From Lachnospiraceae bacterium (GTDB lineage Bacteria > Bacillota > Clostridia > Lachnospirales > Lachnospiraceae), in NCBI GenBank assembly GCA_045616165.1, contig JAZLGF010000023.1, positions 906 to 64,905 of the forward strand: DNA of 64,000 nt, given 5' to 3'. The translations under genes were made by a program, and so were the position numbers. The notes beneath the pieces were generated by a model, which ran no database searches, was not told the origin of the DNA, and saw only the letters and a program-made list of their open reading frames with translations. Shown here piece after piece: positions 19,034-31,234 of this stretch (position 1 is the first letter of the stretch; the number at the start of each line of letters is the position of its first letter).

Positions 19034-20251
19034 TTAACTTAATAAGAATTCGGCTAGGACTTTATTGCTAAAATCTATGCCTTTGTCTGTTAATTTTACG
19101 TTATCGTCGACAACAGTTATATAGTCTTCTTCAAGAAGCTTATCAACAACTTCGCCATATGTAAAATCAAAGTCCTGTCCAAAGGTATTGATAAAGTCTT
19201 CTTTATTTATACCGTCGGCTAACCTTAGCCCTAGGAACATGTACTCTTCCATTTGAGCTTTATGGCTAAGTTTTTCTATGTCTTTTCTAATATTTTCTAG
19301 TACACATGTATCGCTCGAAAAAGCATCCAGATATTCATCTAAATTCTCAGTATTTTTCCATCTAGTATTATTAACCATGCTCGATGAATTTAAGCCCAGT
19401 CCTAAATAATTTACTCTTTTCCAATAGCCTTTATTATGTTCGCATTCAAATCCATCTCTTGCATAATTTGATATTTCATAGCGGTGATAACCACATTGCT
19501 CAAGATATTCTTTTGTATAATAATAAATTTCTCTTTCAGTTTCTTCTGAAGGAAGCATTAATGTTCCTTTTTGCTGCATCTCATAAAATGGTGTATTTTC
19601 TTCTACTATAAGCGAATAAGCGCTTATATGTTCCGGAAGCCATGTTGAAATAAGAAGCATCGTTTTTTTCCAGCTAGATAAAGTCTGTCCTGGAATAGCC
19701 TCAATCAAATCGACATTTATATTATCAAATCCCATCTGCCTAGCCATTTTATAGTTTTCAACAAAATCATCGTACGTATGGACTCTCCCTAATACTTTTA
19801 AGTCTTCATCGTCTGTAGACTGAAGTCCTATGCTTAATCTATTTATACCTAACTTTTTATAAGTTATTAATTTTTCTTTTGTGAGTGTTTTGGGATTGCA
19901 TTCTATAGAAAATTCTACTTTCGGTCTAATCTTTTTAATCTTTGTAGGTAAAATTCCTTTGTAGGTATGCTTAATATTTTTTATTTTGAAATTTTTCTTT
20001 AATGTGTTAACGATTTTGCTTATTTGCTCAGAAGAAAGAATAGAAGGTGTTCCACCTCCTATGTATATTGATGTGATGTTATAGTCCTCATAATCTTTTG
20101 CGCTTAATGTTATTTCCTTGCAAAGTGCATCCACATATTTTTCATGTTTATCTTCGCAGTTTGCAAATGAAATAAAATCACAGTAATTACATTTTTTTAC
20201 GCAAAATGGTATATGAATATAAAGTTCTAAATCTTTCATTTTATCTGTCAT
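19034..20251 (-). CDS. hemW: Radical SAM heme chaperone HemW (oxygen-independent coproporphyrinogen oxidase-like)
   Basis: CxxxCxxC motif [10 protein letters not shown]. The gene sits downstream of lepA, the classical lepA-hemW (hemN) arrangement. Confidence 0.85.
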   Translation of the reverse strand: MTDKMKDLELYIHIPFCVKKCNYCDFISFANCEDKHEKYVDALCKEITLSAKDYEDYNITSIYIGGGTPSILSSEQISKIVNTLKKNFKIKNIKHTYKGILPTKIKKIRPKVEFSIECNPKTLTKEKLITYKKLGINRLSIGLQSTDDEDLKVLGRVHTYDDFVENYKMARQMGFDNINVDLIEAIPGQTLSSWKKTMLLISTWLPEHISAYSLIVEENTPFYEMQQKGTLMLPSEETEREIYYYTKEYLEQCGYHRYEISNYARDGFECEHNKGYWKRVNYLGLGLNSSSMVNNTRWKNTENLDEYLDAFSSDTCVLENIRKDIEKLSHKAQMEEYMFLGLRLADGINKEDFINTFGQDFDFTYGEVVDKLLEEDYITVVDDNVKLTDKGIDFSNKVLAEFLLS

Positions 20252-22046
20252 CTAATTTAAGTACTGACATAAATGCTTGTTGAGGAATTTCAACATTTCC
20301 TACCTGACGCATTCTCTTCTTTCCTTCTTTTTGTTTTTCAAGAAGTTTTCTCTTACGAGTAATATCTCCTCCGTAACATTTAGCAAGTACATCTTTTCTA
20401 TATGCTTTAACAGTTTCTCTAGCGATAATTTTCGAACCGATTGCTGCCTGAATAGGAATTTCAAATTGATGACGTGGGATTTCTTCTTTTAATTTCTCAC
20501 ACATCTTACGACCTCTTTCATACGCAGTATCAGCATGCACAATAAATGAAAGTGCATCCACTTCTTCTCTATTAACTAATATATCAAGTTTAACAAGGTT
20601 AGACTTAACATATCCTTTAAGTTCGTAATCTAGTGAGGCATATCCACGTGATCTGCTCTTAAGCGCATCAAAGAAATCATAAATAATTTCATTAAGTGGC
20701 AAATCATATCTAAGTATTGCGCGGTTAGTTTCAATGTACTCTATTTCTTTATATACACCACGACGTTCCTGGCAAAGTTCCATAATAGGACCGATAAACT
20801 CGCTAGTTACCATTATTTCTGCTTCCACCATTGGCTCTTCCATATATTCTATTTCTGCTTGATCCGGAAGATTTGAAGGATTAGTAAGTTCTATCATCTC
20901 GCCATTTGTTTTGTATACTTTATAAATAACCGATGGCGCCGTCGTAACTAAATCCAAGTTATATTCGCGCTCTAATCTTTCTTCTATTATTTCAAGATGT
21001 AAAAGTCCTAAAAATCCACATCTAAATCCAAAGCCTAAGGCGATAGATGTTTCAGGTTCGTAATTTAAAGATGCATCATTAAGTTGAAGTTTTTCGAGAG
21101 CATCTCTTAAATCTTCATAATGTGCTCCATCAGCAGGATACATTCCGCAATAAACCATTGACTGAACTTTTTTATATCCCGGCAAAGGCTCTATGCAAGG
21201 ATTTTCTGCATCAGTTACAGTATCGCCTACCATCGTATCTCTTACATTCTTAATTGATGCTGTGAAATAACCAACCATTCCCGCTTCTAGTCTTTCACAT
21301 GGAATAAATTTTCCTGCTCCAAAATATCCAACCTCTACAACATTTACTGTTGCTCCGGTTGCCATCATTTTAGCCTGGGTTCCAACTTTTATCGTGCCTT
21401 CTTTTATACGACAAAAAACAATAACTCCTTTATATGAATCATATATGGAATCAAATATAAGTGCTTTTAGCGGTGCGCTTGCATCTCCTATAGGTGATGG
21501 AATCTTTTGAACAATTGCTTCTAAAACTTCTTCAATGTTTATATCATTTTTTGCTGAAATTAAAGGAGCGTCCTGGGCTTCTAGACCGATTACATCTTCG
21601 ATTTCATCGATAACTCTTTGTGGCTCAGCGCTAGGTAAATCAATTTTATTTATTACTGGAATTACTTCAAGATCATGGTCGATTGCCATGTAAACATTTG
21701 CAAGTGTTTGTGCTTCGATTCCTTGGGCTGCATCAACTACTAAAACAGCTCCATCGCATGCAGCAAGACTTCTAGATACTTCATAGTTAAAGTCGACATG
21801 GCCCGGTGTATCTATAAGATTAAATATATATTCCTCGCCATCATTTGCTTTATAAACTACGCGGACTGTTTGCGCTTTAATAGTAATTCCTCTTTCACGC
21901 TCTAAGTCCATGTTATCTAAAACCTGGGATTGCATCTCACGGCTAGTTAATGTTCCCGTGCGTTCAATAATTCTATCCGCAAGAGTACTTTTTCCATGGT
22001 CGATATGGGCAATGATGCAAAAATTTCTAATATTTTCTTGTTTCAT
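20241..22046 (-). CDS. lepA: Elongation factor 4 (LepA)
   Basis: Motifs [17 protein letters not shown] and NKIDL. I chose the start at MKQENIRNF (22046), just after the argS stop. The longer ORF to 22076 would overlap argS. Confidence 0.93.
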   Translation of the reverse strand: MKQENIRNFCIIAHIDHGKSTLADRIIERTGTLTSREMQSQVLDNMDLERERGITIKAQTVRVVYKANDGEEYIFNLIDTPGHVDFNYEVSRSLAACDGAVLVVDAAQGIEAQTLANVYMAIDHDLEVIPVINKIDLPSAEPQRVIDEIEDVIGLEAQDAPLISAKNDINIEEVLEAIVQKIPSPIGDASAPLKALIFDSIYDSYKGVIVFCRIKEGTIKVGTQAKMMATGATVNVVEVGYFGAGKFIPCERLEAGMVGYFTASIKNVRDTMVGDTVTDAENPCIEPLPGYKKVQSMVYCGMYPADGAHYEDLRDALEKLQLNDASLNYEPETSIALGFGFRCGFLGLLHLEIIEERLEREYNLDLVTTAPSVIYKVYKTNGEMIELTNPSNLPDQAEIEYMEEPMVEAEIMVTSEFIGPIMELCQERRGVYKEIEYIETNRAILRYDLPLNEIIYDFFDALKSRSRGYASLDYELKGYVKSNLVKLDILVNREEVDALSFIVHADTAYERGRKMCEKLKEEIPRHQFEIPIQAAIGSKIIARETVKAYRKDVLAKCYGGDITRKRKLLEKQKEGKKRMRQVGNVEIPQQAFMSVLKLDDR

Positions 22047-22047
22047 A

Positions 22048-23772
22048 TTACATTCTTTCCGGAGCTTCAAATCCAAGTAAGTCTATGCTTTGCTCTAGAA
22101 CTTTTTTTGTTAAATCTAATAAGCTTAAATAACTTTGTTTTTTTATTTCATCAGGCTCGGATAATATTTTTACGCCATGATAAAATCCGTTAAAAGCGTT
22201 TGCCAAATCATAAATATATGCACAAAGTTTATGTGGTGCTAATTCATTATATACATTTTCAATTACATCATTAAACTTAGCAAGTTCAAGCATCAAAGCT
22301 TTTTCGCTTGGTTCACCTGTGAATAAAATTTTTCCATTTGGCTTTTCGTTTGCTTTATTTAAGATAGATTTAATTCTTACTATTGTATAAAGGATGTATG
22401 GTCCTGTGTTTCCTTCAAATTCAATAAATCTGCTTATATCGAAAATATAATCTTTTGTCGCCTGGTTAGAAAGATCGCCATACTTAAGAGCTGCAAGAGC
22501 AATTATCTTTGATGTGTTTCTTGCTTCTTCTTCGCTAATTTCCGGATTATCTTTCATCTTTTCAAATACAGCTTCATTAACTTCATTAATTAAAGACTCA
22601 AGTCTCATAACTCCGCCTGAACGCGTCTTATATGGTTGACCATCTTTTCCGTTCATTGTTCCAAAGCCTAAATGGAAAAGATCCATTTCTTGATGAACAA
22701 TATCTGTTTTTTTAGAAACTCTAAATACTTGTTCTAAGTGGAGTGCCTGACGTTTATCTACAACATAAATAATGTAATCAGGTTTATAAAGCTTTTCTCT
22801 TTCAACTAAGGTTGCAAGGTCTGTTGTTGCATAAAGACTAGAACCGTCCGACTTAACAATAATGCATGGAGGTAATTCTTTTTTATCATCATCTCTTGTT
22901 ACATCAATTACCCATGCGCCGCAGCTTTCATAAGCAAATCCTTTATCTTTTAACATTGATATCATGTCAGGGATATATTTTTGAACATCGCTTTCTCCCT
23001 TCCATAATTCAAAATTAACATTTAAGTTATCATAATTTTTCTTCAAATCTTCTTTTGAAATTTCTAAAATTCTTTCCCAGATTTTATGATACTGTGGATT
23101 TCCGTTTTGAAGTTCTCCGGTAATTTCATGAGCTTTTTTAGCAAATTCTTCGCTATATGTTTCGGATTCAGGTTTACATTTTTTGCTTGCTGTTGGATAT
23201 ATTTCTTCAAGGTCTGAAACATTAAAATCCATACCTAATCCACGTTCATTAATTTCAGCAATAACCTGACCCATTTGCAAGCCCCAATCTCCTAGGTGAA
23301 CATCGCCGATAGCTTTATTTCCCATGTAATTACATATACGCTTTATACTCTCACCTATTATTGCCGAACGAAGATGGCCTATATGTAATGGTTTAGCTAC
23401 ATTCGCTCCACCGTAATCAACCATAATATCTAATGGTTTTTTAACTTCTTCTAATCCAAACTTTTTAGAAGCATTCATGTCATTAATATAGTTTGATATG
23501 AAATCAGATGAAACTCTTAAATTTATAAAACCTGGATTTACTGCGCTAACTTCCTTAAATGCAGCGTTGCTTTGTAAAATAGTTACTACATTATTTGCTA
23601 TCTCAATTGGTGCTTTATGCTCTAACTTCGCAAGCACCATAGCTCCGTTACATTGATATTCGCAAAGGTCTGGTCTATTAGAAATACTAGCTACAATTTT
23701 TTCGTTACTGTACCCAGCTTCCTCAAAGGCTTTCTTTAATTCATCTGTTATTAATTCTAAAAACTTTTTCAT
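22048..23772 (-). CDS. argS: Arginine--tRNA ligase
   Basis: 574-aa ORF with class I HIGH motif ([10 protein letters not shown]) and the typical ArgRS N-terminal and anticodon-binding regions. Confidence 0.93.
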   Translation of the reverse strand: MKKFLELITDELKKAFEEAGYSNEKIVASISNRPDLCEYQCNGAMVLAKLEHKAPIEIANNVVTILQSNAAFKEVSAVNPGFINLRVSSDFISNYINDMNASKKFGLEEVKKPLDIMVDYGGANVAKPLHIGHLRSAIIGESIKRICNYMGNKAIGDVHLGDWGLQMGQVIAEINERGLGMDFNVSDLEEIYPTASKKCKPESETYSEEFAKKAHEITGELQNGNPQYHKIWERILEISKEDLKKNYDNLNVNFELWKGESDVQKYIPDMISMLKDKGFAYESCGAWVIDVTRDDDKKELPPCIIVKSDGSSLYATTDLATLVEREKLYKPDYIIYVVDKRQALHLEQVFRVSKKTDIVHQEMDLFHLGFGTMNGKDGQPYKTRSGGVMRLESLINEVNEAVFEKMKDNPEISEEEARNTSKIIALAALKYGDLSNQATKDYIFDISRFIEFEGNTGPYILYTIVRIKSILNKANEKPNGKILFTGEPSEKALMLELAKFNDVIENVYNELAPHKLCAYIYDLANAFNGFYHGVKILSEPDEIKKQSYLSLLDLTKKVLEQSIDLLGFEAPERM

Positions 23773-23784
23773 ACTTAACCTACT

Positions 23785-25002
23785 TTATAATTCTATACCA
23801 TTTTCTTTAAGCATTTCTCTTGCTGTATCAAGTGAATCTACTCCATGCATATTTTTAATTGGGGCAAATTCTTTTTTACGTTCTACTTCATATACTAAGC
23901 ATCCCGACATCATCTCAATCATATCAAGAACAAGGGTTTCATATTTATGTCCATTTGGCTGTTCTGGCTTAATATGATTTCCGTTTTCATCTATATGAGG
24001 TATTTTCTTTTCAACTATATGAAGTGGTAATTTTTTCTCAACTATTTCTTCTAATGCATCTACTTTGAAAAGATAATTTAAAATAACTCCATAATTATAA
24101 AGGAGTACTCCGTTTTCATCTTTTGCATTCATCATTTCCGGTGTTAAATCGTAGTATTCAACAATTGATGGTTTTCCATCTCTATAACACATAACTCCAA
24201 CTTTTTCTTCTGGTGACGCTTTTGCTATTACTTTAGCACCAATTGGATTATCAGACTTTATTGTTGCTCCTATAAATGTTGGGTCTGCCATTTTTTGAAG
24301 TACATTATCAACAGCAAAAATATTTATCCACTCTACGCCTTGCCCCTTAATTTCATCAAGAAGGCCCGCTTTTTTCAGCGAATAGAACCATCCACCATTT
24401 CCATTTGGAGAAAGTGATATATGATCTTTTTCTTCAAGATAAATTTTTCCATCAAAGTCAGTAGATGGTGCCATTTCCTGAACAAAGAACTTTACACAAT
24501 CTTTGTTATATCCAAAATAGTTTTTCTCTTCAAATATTTTTATTGTTGCCTCATTATTTTTATCGCTTGTCATAACAAGAAGTGGTATCCATTTATCAGC
24601 TTTTTTAACAACATCTAAAAGATTATTAATAAGGCATTCAAAAATATATAAATCTTTGTTTATACCGATATTAAAAGCGCCCTTAGGTCCATCTATCCCA
24701 AGTCGGGTTCCCTGGCCACCTGCTAAAAGAACTGCTGCAACTTTATTTTCTTTAATTGCTTTAATTCCTACATCTGTTAATTCTACGCAATCTTTTTCAA
24801 TATCTTTAAGAGTCATAGCCGCCATAGGTGTTATATCACCGGCTGCGCCGTCACAGCCTTCTGAATTGATTAACTCAAAATCTATGTTATTTATTTCTTG
24901 TAAAAGATTTTTCTTTTGGCTTTCATCTAACTCATCATAAAATCTAAGCAACTGCATCTGGTCATATTCTTCTAGTTTTTTTTGTATTGTTGTTAAATCC
25001 AT
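23785..25002 (-). CDS. UDPGP type 1 family nucleotide-sugar pyrophosphorylase (UDP-N-acetylhexosamine/UDP-sugar pyrophosphorylase-like)
   Basis: 405-aa ORF with LLAGGQGTRLG nucleotide-binding loop. Confidence 0.75.
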   Translation of the reverse strand: MDLTTIQKKLEEYDQMQLLRFYDELDESQKKNLLQEINNIDFELINSEGCDGAAGDITPMAAMTLKDIEKDCVELTDVGIKAIKENKVAAVLLAGGQGTRLGIDGPKGAFNIGINKDLYIFECLINNLLDVVKKADKWIPLLVMTSDKNNEATIKIFEEKNYFGYNKDCVKFFVQEMAPSTDFDGKIYLEEKDHISLSPNGNGGWFYSLKKAGLLDEIKGQGVEWINIFAVDNVLQKMADPTFIGATIKSDNPIGAKVIAKASPEEKVGVMCYRDGKPSIVEYYDLTPEMMNAKDENGVLLYNYGVILNYLFKVDALEEIVEKKLPLHIVEKKIPHIDENGNHIKPEQPNGHKYETLVLDMIEMMSGCLVYEVERKKEFAPIKNMHGVDSLDTAREMLKENGIEL

Positions 25003-25014
25003 AATGTTCTCCTA

Positions 25015-25509
25015 TTATTTTCCTGAGTATATATGTCCACGCTCAATATAAGTTTCTGCATTAATCATGCTTTCTTTTAATAATTCTTCTGAAACTTCTT
25101 TAACTACTTTTGCAGGTGAACCCATAATTAAAGAATTATCCGGAAATTCTTTGCGCTCTGTAAGAAGTGAACCCGCTCCAATTACGCAGTTCTTTCCAAC
25201 TTTAACGTGGTTCATAATAATGCTGCCCATTCCAACAAGTGTATTATCACCAATTTCGCATCCATGAATAATACAGTTATGTCCAATAGAAACATTTTCT
25301 CCGATTTCGACTCTTTCATGTACTACACTATTGTCTTGAATATTAGAATTTTTTCCTAAATGAACAAGACCATGATCAGCTCTAACAACCGCTCCGAACC
25401 AAACGGTAGAACCTTCTTCGAGTTTTACATCACCAATAAGCGTTGCGTTTTCGGCAACATAAAGAGCCTTGCTTATATCTGGCTCTTTATCCTTAAATTT
25501 AACTATCAA
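25015..25509 (-). CDS. Gamma-carbonic anhydrase-like / hexapeptide-repeat (LbH) family protein
   Basis: 164-aa ORF with repeated hexapeptide pattern (IGDNTLVGMGSIIMNHVKVGKNCVIGAGS). Confidence 0.8.
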   Translation of the reverse strand: MIVKFKDKEPDISKALYVAENATLIGDVKLEEGSTVWFGAVVRADHGLVHLGKNSNIQDNSVVHERVEIGENVSIGHNCIIHGCEIGDNTLVGMGSIIMNHVKVGKNCVIGAGSLLTERKEFPDNSLIMGSPAKVVKEVSEELLKESMINAETYIERGHIYSGK

Positions 25510-25592
25510 TTCTTTTTCTCCTTGTACATGAAGTCAATTAATAATTTTATCATAAATATCAATATAATCCTATATTTTAATGATAGTTATAG

Positions 25593-26825
25593 TTAAAACG
25601 CAAAGTTTCCATTAACAAATACTGGTATTTCTTTTCCATCTTGTGTTGTACCAATTATTGAAAGATCTGCTGTTCCTACCATGAAATCTTCATGAGTCAT
25701 AGAATAGTTAACTCCAAGTGTTTTAAGCTCATCTTCGCTCATATTTTCTGCGCCTTTTATGCATGGATATGCTTCTCCAAAAGCGAGATGGCACGAAGCA
25801 TTCTCATCAAATAACGTATTTAGGAATAAAATATTTGAATTAGATATAGGTGAATCATATGGTACAAGCGCAACTTCTCCAAAGTATGATGCACCCTCAT
25901 CTATGCTGATTGCGTCTTTTAATACATCTTCGCCCTGCTTTGCATGAGCCTCTATAATTTTTCCATCTTTAACTATAAAATAAAAGTCTTTAATTATATT
26001 TCCTGATATGCAAAGTGGTTTTGATGCAACTATTTTTCCATTCAAACTATCTTTTAGAGGAAGTGTAAATACCTCTTCTGTTGGAATATTAGCTGAAAAA
26101 GGTATTCCCTTAGTTGAATTTTCTTCTCCTCCTGCCCAGTAGTGATTTTGGGGAAGTTCGACTGTAAAATCAGTGCCTAAACCATTTTGGTAATGAAGTG
26201 ATTTAAAATTATATTCATTAAGTATATCAACATGTTTCTTAATTGTTTTTGAGTGTTCCTCCCACTTCTTTATAGTGTCCTCTTCTTCTACTCTTGCAAA
26301 TTTTAGTATTTCTTCCCACATTTTTTCTTCAGCTTCTTCATCACTTAAATCCGGGAATACTGCCTTATTCCATGCTTTAATTGGAGCAGAAACAACGCAC
26401 CATTGAAATTCATTTCTAGTCATTTTCTTAAAATAATCTTCTGTTGCTTTTCCCTTTGCCATCTGATTTTTAGTTATTTTCTCAGAATCTATACCTTTAA
26501 GGTTTTCAGGATCTTCTGCATAAATAGAAAGTCTTGCTGCTCCTTTTTCTACTAATGTATTAAGCATATCAACATCCCATTGGTGAACGCTCCCAACTGT
26601 TTCATCATCAGCATATGTGAAAAATTGTTTTGTGATTACATCATCTCTCCATGAAATAATTACTTCCTTTGCTCCATGTAAATAAGCTTGCTCGGAACAC
26701 ATTCTTGCAAACTCAGCACACTCTATAGGACTATTAATTAAAAGGGTTTGTCCTTTTTGAATATTAATTCCACACTTTATTGTTTCTTCTGCATAATTTC
26801 TTTTTAATTGTTCTAACTTTGTCAT
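25593..26825 (-). CDS. M29 family aminopeptidase (AmpS/PepS-like)
   Basis: 410-aa ORF. Length and overall sequence pattern fit thermophilic-type aminopeptidase II. Confidence 0.7.
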   Translation of the reverse strand: MTKLEQLKRNYAEETIKCGINIQKGQTLLINSPIECAEFARMCSEQAYLHGAKEVIISWRDDVITKQFFTYADDETVGSVHQWDVDMLNTLVEKGAARLSIYAEDPENLKGIDSEKITKNQMAKGKATEDYFKKMTRNEFQWCVVSAPIKAWNKAVFPDLSDEEAEEKMWEEILKFARVEEEDTIKKWEEHSKTIKKHVDILNEYNFKSLHYQNGLGTDFTVELPQNHYWAGGEENSTKGIPFSANIPTEEVFTLPLKDSLNGKIVASKPLCISGNIIKDFYFIVKDGKIIEAHAKQGEDVLKDAISIDEGASYFGEVALVPYDSPISNSNILFLNTLFDENASCHLAFGEAYPCIKGAENMSEDELKTLGVNYSMTHEDFMVGTADLSIIGTTQDGKEIPVFVNGNFAF

Positions 26826-26985
26826 ATCTATACTTCCTTTTTGTTTTTTTCTTTAAATTATATATGATTATTCAATTTTTTTGCATTTTTTCTTGACTAA
26901 AAGTTATATTTATTTTATCTTTCACATAAGCATATTTGCTTTGGGTATTCACCCAAATCTGGCATTTCGCCAACTTATCAATTAT

Positions 26986-28854
26986 ATGGAACTAAATGAA
27001 TCTCAAAAAAAAGCTGTGAGTTTATTTAAAGGTCCTTGTCTTGTCCTTGCTGGACCAGGAAGCGGAAAGACTTTTGTAATAACAACACGCATTAAAAATT
27101 TAATCGAATACTATCACGTGCCAGCAGAAAAAATTTTGGTGGCTACCTTTTCACGCGCCGCGGCAAACGAAATGAAAAGTCGTTTTATAAATTTATGCGA
27201 ACATGAATACGAATCTCTTCCAACTTTTGGCACATTTCACAGCATCTTTTTTATGATATTAAAAGCTTCATATAACTATGATTCAAAAAGTATAATAAAC
27301 GATAACAAAAAATACGATTTGATTCGAAGTGAAGTTGAACGCTTAAATATTTTTTATGAAAACGAATCCGATTTTTTTCAAACGCTAATAAACGAAATAA
27401 GTCAGGTGAAAAATAATTTTGAAAAAGTTTCTTCTTTCAATCCATCTTTTGTTTCCAAAGATGATTTTATTGCTATTTACAATTTTTATGAAAATGCATT
27501 AAAGGCGCTTGGCTTAATTGATTATGATGATATGCTAAATATGTGCTTCCAACTTCTTAACAATAATCCTAAAATTTTACACTATTGGCAAAATCATTTT
27601 TCTTTTGTATTAATTGATGAATTTCAAGACATTAACCCTATTCAATATGAAATTATGAAAATGCTTGCTGCTCCACATAATAATATTTTTGTTGTGGGTG
27701 ATGATGATCAAAGCATCTACGGTTTTCGTGGTGCTTCCCCACTAATCATGAAACAATTTGCTAAAGACTTTTCTTCTCTGAAATATGTTCAGCTTAATAC
27801 TAATTATAGAAGTTCTAAAAATATTACTGATTTTGCTTTGCAAGTTATAAGCGAAAATCCATCTCGTTTTAATAAAACAATAACGAATATTAATTCTGAT
27901 GTAAATGCATCTTTACAAATTAATAAATATGAAAATCAAAAAATAGAATATCAACATATTGCTGATGATATAAATGTTTTAATATCCAGGGGCACTTCCC
28001 CTTCAGAAATTGCCATATTAATTCGGAGTTTTCATGACATGTCTTTACTTACTTCTATCATGAATAAAAATAATATCCCTTGTATTTCTAAAAATAAATC
28101 AACTAATATATTTAATTCTTTTATTGCATCTGATATCATTTCATATCTTAAAATTGCTTTCGCCTTATCTAATAAATATCCTGCTTCTAAAATCAAATTA
28201 AATGATTTTGTTTCTATAATGAATAAGCCTTCAAGATATATCTCTCGAAATGCTGTTTGTGAAATTACTACGAATAATCCTTTTAATATTTCGACTTTCT
28301 TTTCAAAACTTAAGTCTTATTATTTTGGCAATTCATATTTACAAAAAAATATTAATAAGTTAGAAAAAGATTTATACAATCTAGGAAATCTTCCATTATA
28401 TGCAGCAGTTTCGTACTTAACTAATGCCATAAAATACAAGGATTTTTTAAAAGAAATTGCAACTAAAAATTGCAAAGATTTTCATGAATATCTTGTGACA
28501 TTGGAAAAAATTAAAAATAGTTGTGTGAATTTTTATGATATAAACGAATGGCTTGAATATATTTCTAATTACAATAATCGTCTTAGTGTTTCTTCTGATA
28601 AGTCATCATGCATTAATATTCTTACGATGCATGCATCTAAAGGTCTCGAATTTGAAACTGTTTTTATTCCTGATGTAAATGAAAGTATCCTTCCGCATAT
28701 AAAATGCACGGCTAAAAATCAAATTGAAGAAGAACGCCGTCTTTTATATGTCGCAATCACGCGCGCTAAATCAAACCTCTATCTTAGTTATGTCGAAAAT
28801 ATCCGCTCGAAAAAAGCTAACCCCTCTCGTTTTATAGAACATCTATTAAAGTAG
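26986..28854 (+). CDS. UvrD/PcrA/Rep family ATP-dependent DNA helicase
   Basis: Walker A AGPGSGKTF, motif II LIDEFQD, motif III VGDDDQSIYGFRGA, plus TMHASKGLEF and YVAITRAK. Start chosen at MELNESQKKAV by homology logic. No clear SD. Confidence 0.85.
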   Translation: MELNESQKKAVSLFKGPCLVLAGPGSGKTFVITTRIKNLIEYYHVPAEKILVATFSRAAANEMKSRFINLCEHEYESLPTFGTFHSIFFMILKASYNYDSKSIINDNKKYDLIRSEVERLNIFYENESDFFQTLINEISQVKNNFEKVSSFNPSFVSKDDFIAIYNFYENALKALGLIDYDDMLNMCFQLLNNNPKILHYWQNHFSFVLIDEFQDINPIQYEIMKMLAAPHNNIFVVGDDDQSIYGFRGASPLIMKQFAKDFSSLKYVQLNTNYRSSKNITDFALQVISENPSRFNKTITNINSDVNASLQINKYENQKIEYQHIADDINVLISRGTSPSEIAILIRSFHDMSLLTSIMNKNNIPCISKNKSTNIFNSFIASDIISYLKIAFALSNKYPASKIKLNDFVSIMNKPSRYISRNAVCEITTNNPFNISTFFSKLKSYYFGNSYLQKNINKLEKDLYNLGNLPLYAAVSYLTNAIKYKDFLKEIATKNCKDFHEYLVTLEKIKNSCVNFYDINEWLEYISNYNNRLSVSSDKSSCINILTMHASKGLEFETVFIPDVNESILPHIKCTAKNQIEEERRLLYVAITRAKSNLYLSYVENIRSKKANPSRFIEHLLK

Positions 28855-31221
28855 TAGGCCGATGAGGGTAACTATGCCTGCGCAGATATATGCTAAAACG
28901 CACATCCCTACAGCAATTCCAGCCGACCATTTAACTCCTAATTCTCTTCTAATAGATGCGATTGTAGCAACACACGGCGTATAGATAAGACAGAATACTA
29001 AGAGCGAAAAAGCAGCTACTTTAGTTATGCTTGCTACAAAAGCGCCTACGCTCCCATAAAGAATTGCAAATGTGGATACAACGCTTTCTTTTGCAAGAAT
29101 TCCCGTTACAAGGCCAGTTACTATTCTCCAATCGCCAAGACCTAATGGTTTAAATATAGGTGCTATTATTCCCGCAACACTAGCTAAAATACTTTGGCTA
29201 GTATCGCTAACAAGTTGGAGACTGAAATTAAAGCTTTCAAGGAACCAAATTATAATCGTTGCTACTAAAATTACTGTAAAAGCTTTCTTTAAGAAATCTT
29301 TTGTTTTATCCCAAAGCAACTGTAAAACGTTTTTAGCACTAGGAAGTCTATAGTTTGGAAGTTCCATAATAAATGGAACCGCTTCTCCCTTAAAAGCTGT
29401 ATTCTTAGAAATTATCGCAACAATTATTCCAACAAAAATTCCTATTACATACATAGCTATCATAACAAGCCATGCACAGTCCGGGAAGAATGCCGCTGAA
29501 AGAAAAGCGTAAATCGGAAGTTTTGCCGAACAGCTCATAAATGGCGTTAAAAGCATCGTCATTTTTCTATCACGTTCAGATGAAAGTGTTCTTGTTGCCA
29601 TAACAGAAGGTACTGAGCAGCCAAAGCCTATAAGCATTGGAACAATACTTTTTCCCGATAAACCAATCTTTCTTAAAAGTTTATCCATTACAAAAGCTAC
29701 TCTCGCCATATATCCACTATCTTCTAGCAATGACAAGAACAAGAACAATATAACAATAATCGGTACGAAACTAACAACACTTCCTACGCCTGCAAAAATT
29801 CCATCTATAATAAGCGAATGGATTACTTCGTTCATGTTTATTGCAGTAAAAGCACTATCTACAACTTTTGTTAATGCATCAATTCCCATTTGTAATAAGT
29901 TTTGGAAAAATGCTCCAAATACATTAAATGTTAAGAAAAATACTAATCCCATTATTACTATGAAAATAGGAATTGCGCTCCATTTACCCGTAAGTATTTT
30001 ATCTAAATCAGAACTTCTTTTATGTTCTTTACTTTCTCTTGGTTTAACTACGCACTCTTTACAAAGTTTTTGAATAAAATCAAAACGCATATCTGCGATT
30101 GCAGCTGCTCTATCTAAACCTCTTTCTTCTTCCATTTGAACAATGATATGCTCAATTGTTTCTTTCTCGTTTTGTGTAAGATTAAGTGCGTCACTAACAA
30201 GACTATCTCCTTCTATAAGTTTACATGCCGCAAATCTAAGTGGAAGTTTTGCGCAGCTTGCATGATCTTCTATAAAGTGCATTATCGAGTGAATACAACG
30301 ATGGACTGCGGCTCCTTTACCGTCTTCAGCACAAAAATCCGTACGTCCAGGTTTTTCTTGATTACTAGCAACATGGATAGCATGGTGAACGAGTTCGTGT
30401 ATACCTTCATCTTTTGCAGCAGAAATAAATACAACTGGAATTCCTAGCATATTTTCCATTTTGTTGACATCTATAATTCCACCATTTGATCTAATCTCGT
30501 CCATCATATTTAGCGCTAAAACGATTGGAACTTCTAGCTCCATAAGTTGCATAGTAAGATATAAATTTCTCTCTATATTTGTTGCATCAACAATATTAAT
30601 AATTCCTTTCGGATTATCATTTAATATAAATTGTCTTGAAACAATTTCTTCTTCTGAATATGGTGACAAAGAATATATTCCTGGAAGGTCTGTTACTAAT
30701 GTATTTGGATGTTCTTTTATTTCACCACTTTTTTTATCAACTGTAACGCCTGGGAAGTTTCCAACATGTTGATTTGAACCTGTAAGCTGATTAAAAAGTG
30801 TTGTCTTTCCGCAGTTTTGATTTCCTGCTAATGCAAAAGTAAGAAGCGTTCCTTTTGGAAGTGGCTCACCGTCTGTTTTTGCATGGTACTTTCCACCTTC
30901 GCCTAAACCTGGGTGAGACGTTTCTTTTACAAGTTCTCCTTCTTTTCTATGCGAGTGTGCATGATACTGTTCATGTTCCTCATCCTTTGAAAAATACGGA
31001 TTTCCTATTTCTATTTTTTCTGCATCCGAAAGTCTTAAAGTTAATTCATATCCATGTATTCTAAATTCAACAGGATCTCCCATTGGAGCATACTTTACAA
31101 GTGTAATTTCTGCGCCCGGAATAACACCCATATCAAGGAAATGTTGTCTTAAAGAACCTTCTCCACCTACCGATGCAATTTTTGTACTTTGTCCAATTTC
31201 TAAATCTCTTAAAGTTTTCAT
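28846..31221 (-). CDS. feoB: Ferrous iron transporter FeoB with fused N-terminal FeoA domain and His-rich linker
   Basis: 791-aa ORF with a FeoA-like SH3 segment (IASVGGEGSLRQHFLDMGVIPGAEITLVKYAPMGDPVEF). The G-domain carries GNQNCGKTTLFN and DLPGIYSL. A polytopic C-terminal half follows. Confidence 0.9.
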   Translation of the reverse strand: MKTLRDLEIGQSTKIASVGGEGSLRQHFLDMGVIPGAEITLVKYAPMGDPVEFRIHGYELTLRLSDAEKIEIGNPYFSKDEEHEQYHAHSHRKEGELVKETSHPGLGEGGKYHAKTDGEPLPKGTLLTFALAGNQNCGKTTLFNQLTGSNQHVGNFPGVTVDKKSGEIKEHPNTLVTDLPGIYSLSPYSEEEIVSRQFILNDNPKGIINIVDATNIERNLYLTMQLMELEVPIVLALNMMDEIRSNGGIIDVNKMENMLGIPVVFISAAKDEGIHELVHHAIHVASNQEKPGRTDFCAEDGKGAAVHRCIHSIMHFIEDHASCAKLPLRFAACKLIEGDSLVSDALNLTQNEKETIEHIIVQMEEERGLDRAAAIADMRFDFIQKLCKECVVKPRESKEHKRSSDLDKILTGKWSAIPIFIVIMGLVFFLTFNVFGAFFQNLLQMGIDALTKVVDSAFTAINMNEVIHSLIIDGIFAGVGSVVSFVPIIVILFLFLSLLEDSGYMARVAFVMDKLLRKIGLSGKSIVPMLIGFGCSVPSVMATRTLSSERDRKMTMLLTPFMSCSAKLPIYAFLSAAFFPDCAWLVMIAMYVIGIFVGIIVAIISKNTAFKGEAVPFIMELPNYRLPSAKNVLQLLWDKTKDFLKKAFTVILVATIIIWFLESFNFSLQLVSDTSQSILASVAGIIAPIFKPLGLGDWRIVTGLVTGILAKESVVSTFAILYGSVGAFVASITKVAAFSLLVFCLIYTPCVATIASIRRELGVKWSAGIAVGMCVLAYICAGIVTLIGLLL

Positions 31222-31234
31222 TAGTTATCCTAAG

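Noticed and set aside
20241-22076. The lepA ORF extends 10 codons further upstream ([10 protein letters not shown]-).
   Set aside because: The extension overlaps the end of argS. The conserved LepA N-terminus begins at MKQENIRNF, so the start at 22046 is preferred.
26881-26985. A 35-codon hydrophobic N-terminal extension of the helicase ORF starting at TTG.
   Set aside because: UvrD-family proteins start close to the M..LN..Q..AV motif, which is found at 26986. The extension overlaps the likely promoter (TTGACT at 26893).
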